Assembly (NCBI GenBank): GCA_951406725.2
Contig: OX597814.1
Span: 211,978,001-212,042,000 of the forward strand
Source of the DNA: Octopus vulgaris
Lineage: Eukaryota
DNA length: 64,000 nucleotides
Reading direction: 5' to 3'
Shown in pieces: positions 54,411 through 64,000 of this stretch. Below the pieces are notes generated by a model. It had not been told where the DNA came from, ran no database searches, and was given only the letters and a program-made list of their open reading frames with translations. The stretch's first letter is position 1, and each line of letters opens with the position of its first letter. A program made the translations under genes and the position numbers.

Positions 54411-56357
54411 TATTCTTATATTAGATGGAATTTCTTCCGTTAAAACCTTACTTTTGGTCATCAATATTGCAATATTCGAAACATTTTTCGCATTATTTCA
54501 TAATAATGAATATCAAAGTCAAATTGAATATTGTTTTAAAGCCATTACAAAATTAACAACGGTGCATGCAATAAAAGAATTCAATACTGAGAGGAAAGAC
54601 AAATGTTTAAGTTCGTGCTGACTAGGACACTGAGCCATTGGATAACAATTAGTCCTACACGATGTGTATCAAAAATGAAACACGAGTTTTATTGTATTTT
54701 AAATCTTGTTGTTCACATTTACGTCTCTCAGTCACAGTTAACTCCTAAGAAATATCTAAACGTAGATATTTTCGAAAGGGATAAATGTACTTTTGCGACA
54801 TTTAAGAATTTCTTATTTAATTTCTAAGACATTACAATAAGAGTCTAATCAGTTATTTTGAATCTAAGACCGAAATCTACTTGTTTAGTATATGGTTAGT
54901 GGATTAGGGAATTTATTAACATATACATACAAACGTTTCAGTATTCAATGATCAACAGATGCGTACAAATAGGTTACTGCCTTTTACTTGAAGTAATTAC
55001 TTTATTATCTCCCACAACCAAATGCGCTTTCATTTTCCCGACAAAAACTACCACAAAAGGAATTGCCTACTGGGAAAAGAAGGTCCTGTCAATACTTGTT
55101 ACGCAAGCAAGTTAATAGTTCAAAATATAGAAAAATACGGAATCGGATTTCAGCCAAAGTTATTCAACAATATTGCAGCAAACTTCACAATGAAAATACC
55201 AAGTAAATCAAATGGACATTCTCTTGCAGCTTAGTTTTAAACAACTATTAACAAAATACACAACCAACACAATATTAAGCCATCATAAATTATATATACA
55301 AAAATGAAATTTTCTATCTCTTTAAAAATAAACGATAATCTAGCATGCTGTGCATGAAATTTCATGTATCTAATTTATGCACGCATGAAAGATAATCCGT
55401 AATTCTAACTGTTATACGGAGGATATAATTACAAAATTTATTGTAGGAGTACACCTATCATCTACAGAAGGCAACAGAGGAATGTATTAAATATATATTC
55501 CTAATAAAATGTTATGTATGTAATCTTCCCCACGAAATAAAATACATTTTGCAAGATATAGCATTAGCAACACAAAACTGCCAATAAAAACGCATGTAAT
55601 AAATCTTAGTTACGACAGATATGACACGTCCTAACTGTTAAATGATGCATAGATTTACCACTCATAATTTTCAATTCCGGTTATAATATTATTAATGTAA
55701 AATCATTCCTATGATTACCAGAAAATAATAACATGATACAGAAGAATAAACAACTTTTTGATATCATATAAGCATATATCTAACATTTTTATAGCACAGT
55801 AGCATTAACAATCCATCGAAAGAAATTACAGACCAGTACGAAACAAAGTGAATCTTAAATACAAGAAAACGTGTACGTATGCATGTATGTATACAAAGTC
55901 ATTATTCACGTTAATTTGAAGATTTCTCGCCAATAGAGAACGATCCAAGGCTTCCTCATTAGAATTTCAGCATCAACAACAGGGTATTATTGTATGTGTG
56001 TATGTATACGCAAAGATGTGTATGTCTTGCTTTATGTATTTTTCCCATGCATATACTTCCGTATCTAGACATGTTCATATATTTATAGGATAAACTTCTG
56101 ATTTTTACAGTTCTAGTGATGGATTAGATCTGTAGCATTGAGAAGCGTTATTTCTACAAAATTGGTATTTAGGTAGTGTGTTATATATTCCAGTCTCCAA
56201 ATAGTCACAGATATAAACCTAAACGTGTAATGTGGATAGAGTTACTCCAGATTTCTCAATAGTTCAGCTTAGGTATTTTCTTTTTCATTAATCTTCAGCT
56301 TTATGTTAACATCTGCTGGGAAACTTATTGCCACAGCTGTACACAGTTTCTCTTCCT

Positions 56358-56544
56358 ATGTATGTATGTATGTATGTTTGTATGTATGTATGTATGTATG
56401 TATGTATGTATGTATGTATGTATGTATGCATGTATGTATGTATGTATGTATGTATGTATGTATGTATGTATGTATGTATGTATGTATGTGGATATGTATG
56501 CATGTACGTATGTATGTATGTATGTATATATGTATGTATGTATG

Positions 56545-56577
<33 letters not shown>

Positions 56578-56690
56578 GAATATGTATGCATGTACGTATG
56601 TATGTATGTATGCATGTATGTATGTATGTCTGAATGTATGTATATATTTACGTATGAAAGTATGTGGATATGTATGCATTTGTGTATGTA
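56358..56690 (+). repeat. (TATG)n microsatellite
   Basis: Directly visible. Confidence 0.95.
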
Positions 56691-56770
56691 TAAGCCTATG
56701 TCTGAATCTACTTACCTATTTATCTATATATCTAGCTAATTAATTATCTAGACCGACATTATATGAGGCT

Positions 56771-57179
56771 AGGCGTAGGTGTGGCTTTGTGGTACGAATA
56801 TTGCATCTCAACCACATAGTTCCCGTTTCAGTCCCACTGCGTGTAACGTTGGGTAACTTTCTCGTTCTATAGCCCGGGCCGACCGAATCCTTTCGGGTGG
56901 ATTTCGTAGAAGGAAACTGAAGGACGCCTGCCGTATATATAATTATATGAATATATTTATACGTGCCTGCCTTTGTGCCTGTCTTTGTCCCCCAGCAATC
57001 GTTTCATAACCCAGCTGCATTTACGCCCTTAAAAGAGACCGTTAGGATAAGTATTAAATTTACAAAGAATAAGTCGTGGGGTCGATATATTCTGCTGAAA
57101 ACCACTTAAGGGGGTGCGGTGCTCCAGCATCGCCGCAGGCAAGTGACTTACAAAAGTGAAAGGATAAAAGAATAAAAGA

Positions 57180-57181
<2 letters not shown>
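56771..57181 (+). mobile_element. Diverged tRNA-derived SINE (family of 50182-50669)
   Basis: aggcgtaggtgtggctttgtggta...cccgtttcagtcccactgcgtg...ggtgctccagcat...aaagaataaaagaa. Confidence 0.8.
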
Positions 57182-57225
<44 letters not shown>

Positions 57226-57232
57226 CTTCCCG

Positions 57233-57273
<41 letters not shown>

Positions 57274-57276
<3 letters not shown>

Positions 57277-57960
57277 CTCCCTAGTGCATCCCAGGCCTCA
57301 TAATCGCATCTAATACTGGCGTTGAAGTCGCCAACAAGGAGGTTCTTATCTGAATTTGGAATCGAAATCATAACCAATCTGAGCTCTTCTTAGAAAGCCA
57401 TAATAGTTTCACTGTCGCTATATAAAGAGTAGAAGCATGAATAGAAATGACAGTCATTAAACGATTGCATGATAGAGGAGCTCGAAGAGATATAATCATA
57501 TCACTGAAACCATTAGGTTGTTCTCTTTTGTGGGTGAACTCGGTGCGAATCGCAAATCAACTCTTCCAAATGAAAGTGTACGCAGCGCCTGTTTCTGACA
57601 AGTGATCTTCATCCCTCAACTGAGTTTCACAGAATGCAGCAACGTGAATGTTAAACCGAGCGAATTCGTTGGCTATTATGCCAGTTTATTGTTCAGGGTT
57701 ACTTGATCCTCCATGATCAAGAAGTGTACTGACATTCCATCCACATACCCAGAATCTATGTTTCTTGCTTGCATGTTTTATCTTTGTATTCCTCCTGCAG
57801 TAGTGAACAGCTGTCAGCTGCAGATTGCTGAGCAGCTCGATGGTAGAACATGTATTTGTTTGGGTCACCTTTTCTAGACATTTCCCAGATTTCTGCCTGG
57901 GCAGTGCTACCCTAGTGAGGGTTGCTGTGACACTCTTGACATCGCGAAAGTATGCTGATG
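57274..57960 (-). pseudogene. RTE-clade non-LTR 5' region with APE endonuclease remnant
   Basis: GWNVSTLLD...IIANEFARFNIHVAAFCETQL...GAAYTFIW and IPNSDKNLLVGDFNASIRCDYEAWDALGRH: APE motifs; truncated at (TA)n. Confidence 0.85.
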
Positions 57961-58094
57961 TTCTTTCAATAATGCAGCGACGTTAGATGGGCCATGAGCC
58001 TCCCACGTGTAGATTTGTGGCTATGCGCCCCCAGCCTGTTAAGCCTGCACATGTCACACCCACGCATATATTTAAGAATTAAAAATGCAAATAA

Positions 58095-58133
<39 letters not shown>

Positions 58134-60889
58134 CGCACAGTTCACCACACAAGACACGGTTCTGGCACACACAACCGCAATTCAGTCAACTATATAGATA
58201 TGTACATATAATAATTCGATGGCCGTTGACTCTTGAGAGGTCTCTGCCTTCTACAGGTCTTGCTTTTAGTCCTGCTGGGAGACAGGGTGTCCAGTACACA
58301 TTTTCCTCACCAAGTGGAATTGGTGTAGGAGAAGACGGTTTCGTCGCTGACGATCCGATCATGAGACAGGTAGTACTGGCTTGCATAGTACCAGTAAAGT
58401 AAACGACCTGACACACACACACATAAAACACACACACACACACGTGTACATATGTATATGTATATATATATATATATGGGTTATGAGAGGTAACGGTGTC
58501 AGTAAGACCCAAAGGTGGTCAGGTAATGCTGAGTAAGTGCTAGGGATAGACCATAGTTAAGCTCCAGGTTCGGTGATTATGCAAATAAAGAGTCCAACGT
58601 AGGTCATATATCAGCGTGTGTTTATATAATTTGTTTTTCAAAATGAGATAAAAAAAAACCAAGGCTATGGACATTTTACAGCATTTATAAATAGGACTTA
58701 CAGCTGTTTCCAGGATATTTATCATACCCCTTCATCGCAGGCGGCTTGAGAAAATGGTTAAGCAATAGTTAATTTAGATACCAAATACAGAGTGAAGTGG
58801 AGAAATAAAAATAGATGTGAGTTATGCGAGGATTTTGTATTTATCCCTATTTTCTCTTACGCGAAACTGTATAAAAATTATATATATCTATACTATTTAA
58901 CTGAAATTCCTTAGTTAAAAAAAAGCCACAGGGAAAATAGTATACGGTTTCAACACCAATGTAAAGGAACGGGATTGTTTTCTTTACTAATTACCAATAT
59001 ATTTTAATATTTATATGATATCCATATACTAAGTTCTATTAATCTGATTCTTAATCACTATAAGGTTTGAAATATACACTCCCAAACACACATACTCAAT
59101 ACACACACATATAAAGGAAGCAAAAGAAACAATGAAAAAACAGAGGCAACATATGGAAGGAAAACAATACGACTGCTTTTAAATGGCATGTAGTATAAGA
59201 GACTAAGCAAAAAGGATGGATGCCAACGTGTAACATTCAGGGTCAACTTTATCATTTGACTGATTTTCATTTGCATGCACCTGACGAAATTCAAATTTCA
59301 AACATCCAGGCAAGCCAAGGTATATCGGTTATTAACTTACTCGTTTGTGATGTATGTATATCTTTTTGTTTTTCTTTCTATCATTCGGTTGATATTTTAA
59401 GGTAACTTAAGAGAATATCTCCAATATACTAATGATAATCATCAATGGACGTAAGTTATCTTGTTGACTAGAAGACGTAAAAAGATAGCTACGAATAATA
59501 TCGCGCTTTACTTTTGCACTAAACTTGATGCCAACACATCTGCTAATGAAATATACCGTCGTAATCATATATTTAAAAAATTTACGAGAGATGTCTTGTT
59601 TTAATTTTCGGTATATTCTGGGCTCATCAAATTTTCACATTACTATCGAAGACATAACAAAGTTTGTTCTCATGAGAAAATTTATTGATATGTCCTGCTT
59701 TTAAGCTAGAAATCCTTGTAGAGTTTATTTCTATTGTGGTTCAGTAAATTTTGCATACGTTAATATCTTCCGTTTTATGTGATTAATTTTAGAACAAATG
59801 CCCCAGCAAAAAGAATTTTCAATTTTAGAATATTCCTTTCAAACATAAGTTACAGATGCATTATTTTCTCACCGGTTAAATATTTATCTTTGGAAGAAAG
59901 GAAAACAGAAGTGGATTTCTAAGCCAAAGTTGAGTTTTCTATAAATAATGTCAAGTAAGAGATATGCTAGCACATACACTTATGCACACACATATGTGAA
60001 CGTATGAGAATGTATGTAGTTGCATTTGGTGTGAGGAGTGTTTGAGGGAGAGAAAGAAATAGAGAAACAGATAAAGTATATGATTGTGTATGTGTTTTGT
60101 GTACATGTGCATATATGCGTGTTGGGTGAATATAGAGTGTGTCAGGTATTTTGTGTGCTACCACAGGCATGTACTTCAAGTGCAATCTGTTACCTGGTTT
60201 TAAACTTAGATACTGTTACAATAACCTCATCAGGCTTAAACAGTGGAGTCGGTCGCTAAAACCTCGACAGGAAAAAACGACCGAAAATTTTAAAATGACA
60301 GCAATCATTTAGCAATAGTGTGCTGTAATTACTGAGGTTTTCGAAGAGCAGATTGCAAAATTACTTTGAATAATTTTTCGTATCAGAACAAATGTCTATG
60401 GAAATGCGTGTTAGTCAGTCTATCGACAAAGCATTACTGTTCCACCATGCATGACTATACGAAGACAAAATAGATAGAAGTAAACGTCTCAAGAAAAGAA
60501 GAAAAAACACAAAATAAACCGAGGTGCCGTAGCGTTCACCTTCAGGTCAGGTAAATTTTACTTAGATCCTGCAGTTGGTAATAGTAACCAAGCGTTGAGT
60601 TCGTATTTGTCTCTAGCCACTCGATCTCGCTGGAATCGAAATCAAAATGACTGGAACCAGATATCGGATGCTGGTCACTGGTAAATGAATATTCTGATAT
60701 ATATCTGAACTTCCTCCGATTCCAAATTATTCCCCCATCTTTAACGCACCACACGATTGTTATATTTACAATATCACAACTAATACTTGAGTTTTATTGC
60801 CAGTGATTTCATTCGTAATTACCCGCGTCACTACTGTCCTCACGATAATGATCTCATACTAACGTATATTTTTGTTTCCAGTATACGCC

Positions 60890-60965
60890 CATCATTATCA
60901 TCATCATCATCATCATCATCATCATAATTTTCATCGTCATCGTCATCGTCATCATCATCATCATA
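60890..60965 (+). repeat. (CAT)n microsatellite
   Basis: Directly visible. Confidence 0.9.
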
Positions 60966-61202
60966 GTGATTATTATCATAATTACTGCGCTTACAATTTC
61001 TAGTATATATAAGTTGTTTTTTTTTCCTTAATGGTCTTCTTACTAGTAGCATACTATCACTTGTATTTCTAAAAAATATTATCAAAACTATTAGTAACAT
61101 GAATGAGTTTTTTCCTTTTACCTACTCACACATCCTCATTACACTGTCACTCTCTCTCTCTCTTCCTCTCCCCTTCTCTTCCCGTCTCTCTCTCTCTCTC
61201 TC

Positions 61203-61243
<41 letters not shown>

Positions 61244-62466
61244 CACATTGAGGTATATACACTTAGATAAACATATAAATATATATACAAAGTATGCATA
61301 TGCACGCAAACGTATATAATACATGGCACAGATATATCACAATTAAACTTATTTTTTGGACATACACATATGCCTTCACAAAAATACCAACACACACATA
61401 CAGACACCCACATGTACATACACACATATATGTCTACATACGCACATATAAAAGAACACATATACACCCACACATACACACGTATATATAGCCACGCAAG
61501 CACTCGGATACATATAGAACAATACCTCTCATAGATGAGAGGTATATCTTACATGTGCTTAATAGGATTTTTATACCCTCACACAAACCGCCATACAGGA
61601 AATAATACACTAATGCATACACATTATACGCGTACATAGGAATATAATCGCATAGGACCACATCACAATACATGCACAAACATTCCGTTCTATATTTCAC
61701 AAACATACACAGAGTTGTATAGATATATAACACGCAAGTATATGCATTTGCAAAACTATAGACATGTGCGTACACATGGGCAGGAAAACTTATTAGGTGA
61801 ATATACAGTCAGTTACAAAGATATGCATATCGAATCAGGGTACCATTACCAGCAGAGAATTACAACTATGAAATTTACATTCATCTATATTTTTCACCCG
61901 AATTCATATACACTTGCATATACGCCCACAGCCCCACAAATATGCTAAACATCAATAAAGGTATAAGGAAGCACACACACACACCCACGCACACACACCC
62001 ACGCATACCCCCACGCACACACACCCACACACACACCCACACTCACACCCATAAAGACGTCCATGAATCAATATACTTGCTAAAATATCAGAGCCCAAGA
62101 AACTGCTCGTGCGTACATTCATACATCACGCCAATCCATGCGTGGCGCTTCAGATATTCAAATGGCAAATGCTACTCTAATTAACGGTTTAGAAAATTAT
62201 GCAAAAAGTTACAGGAAATTAAATAAACAACTGTAGTTAATCATTAGCTAATTCATGTGTAAATATCACCGTTAGTTAATGAAGGAATATTGCAGAAACG
62301 AGAGAGATATTTATCAAGGTTAAATATAGGCATAAGTCTGTGAAGTATTATATGCACGAAACCATTCGCTGATTGAATAACATTTAACCTGATGAAAACT
62401 CAGAACACAACTAAGTTATCCATAGAGAGTCGCATAAAATCTTAAACCAATTTTGGTTGCAAAAAG

Positions 62467-63100
62467 TTTTGGCACAAAGCCAGCAAGTACGAGAGTAGGC
62501 TTAAGCCGATTACACTGGCCCCAGAGCTCAACTTCTACTTATTTTATCGACACTGGAAGCGATGAAAGAAAAAGTCACCTTCGATAGATTTTGAACTGAG
62601 AACGTACAAACAGATAGAATGCCACTAAGAATTCTTTCCGACGTGAAGACTATTCTGTGTACAACTGCCTTGATTAATTTCAAATTTGGCACTAGGCAAG
62701 CAATTTCGACGACTGGAGTGAGTCGATCACATTGGCCTCAGTATTCAACCGGTACTTATTTTATTGACACTGCAAAAGATGACAGGTAAATTCGACATCG
62801 GCAGATTTTGAACTCTGAACGTAGAAACGAACGAAATGCCGCTAAGAGTTTTGTGCGATGAGCAAACAATTCTGTCGGCAGCTGCCTGGAGTAATTTCAA
62901 ATTTTGGTACAAGGCCCGCGGTTCTGTGCACGGGGCGAAATTGGTCACATCGGCCCCGGTGCTCAACTATTATCTATTTTATTGATATTGGAAGGAATGA
63001 AACAACGTCGACGTCGATGTGTTTTGAACCCAGAACGTACAGACAGAAGAAATGCTGCTAAGCATTTTGATTGGATAACGATTCGATCAACTCACCACCT
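62467..63100 (-). mobile_element. Three head-to-tail diverged copies of the SINE family of 25586-25827
   Basis: Units about 62467-62672, 62673-62889 and 62890-63100, each with ttgg(c/t)ac, tattttat(c/t)ga, ttttgaac..agaacgta and aatgc..ctaag. Confidence 0.75.
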
Positions 63101-64000
63101 CACTAACCATCAATTTTAAATTATTAATGTAGGTCAAATGCTGTTAATGCTGAGTTTGCCTTCCATAGTATCGGGCTTTTTAAGAAAGGCACATTATAGG
63201 TGGACCGTGTTTTCAAACAGAGATGTATGAGGATGTGTACGAATATAATTAGACTACGTATTACTATGTATTGAATCAACCAAATTAGAAGATTAGAAAA
63301 TCTCTATAAGGGACGGGATCATTAACTACACACTGAGAAGTAATGATTATTGCCACCTCAACGTGACTGTTCCTTAAGAACCGACATTCCAACAGTTTTA
63401 ACCCCCAAGATGACGGTGAATCGATGGAATTTGCACCCGATATATATTGCAAGCAGGAAAATGAACTTCTACCATCTACTTGCCACGAGACCTCCAGAAC
63501 CTACGGTTTCGCACTCGATGCAACTGGGGGAGACGTGCTCTTAGCGTTAAAATGGTGGTAATGTCTGTTCCTATGGAACAGCATTGTTGAAGTGGTGATA
63601 AACATTACTTCTCGGTATAGTACCTGCTTTCATCTCTGGTACACATTTTCGAAGTAGCTAATTCTCTAGTTGCAATATCAGTGACTGTGTGTCACTTATT
63701 TTCCATATATTGCGAGCTGGAGTGAACTACTGCTAACGCTAGCGGATGAGTATCCACCACCGAATATGTACACAAAGTCCTCGAAACTCTAAGGTCTGGT
63801 GGCTTCGTAGCTGGACGATGTCAGGGGTTCAGATTGCATCGAATAACCAGTTGGCGGATGCGCCCTCCCGGGGTTAAAATGGTAGTTACGTTGTTCCTAC
63901 GAAACAGCTATTTTGAAATGGCTATAAAAATACTTTTATATATTGAACGATATAGATACTTCTTCAAACCCTGTTGTTCAATACAAGGACGGAGAAGGCC

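Noticed and set aside
60185-60236. Minus-strand CTGATGA-GGTT...AACC
   Set aside because: No GAAA after the putative stem II and no stem I
62378-62440. CTGATGA-aaactc...gagtc
   Set aside because: Second core box missing

Overview
AT-rich, microsatellite-dense eukaryotic DNA. The tRNA-derived SINE families and (TA)n/(AAT)n/(GATA)n content point to a coleoid cephalopod, probably Octopus (inference). I found no intact host protein-coding gene; almost all listed ORFs are microsatellite or chance ORFs. The window is a transposable-element graveyard: two Penelope-like (PLE) RT/GIY-YIG remnants with many pseudo-LTR fragments, a full-length but dead hAT transposon (TIRs plus 8-bp TSD), an IS630/Tc1-like transposase pseudogene, mariner/Tc1 fold-back elements, Dong/R4-type REL non-LTR 3' ends in (AAT)n arrays, RTE fragments, a Helitron-like 3' end and three tRNA-SINE families. 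The strongest unannotated signal is a set of minimal type-I hammerhead-ribozyme motifs in PLE-type units lying between (TA)n tracts (best copies at 21008-21112, 24033-24107, 34967-35001 and 18111-18154). They occur with fold-back (inverted) junctions, a long built-in imperfect hairpin, and a tRNA-like segment upstream of one hammerhead. A separate signal is a covarying 3'-UTR stem-loop shared by diverged Dong/R4 subfamilies.
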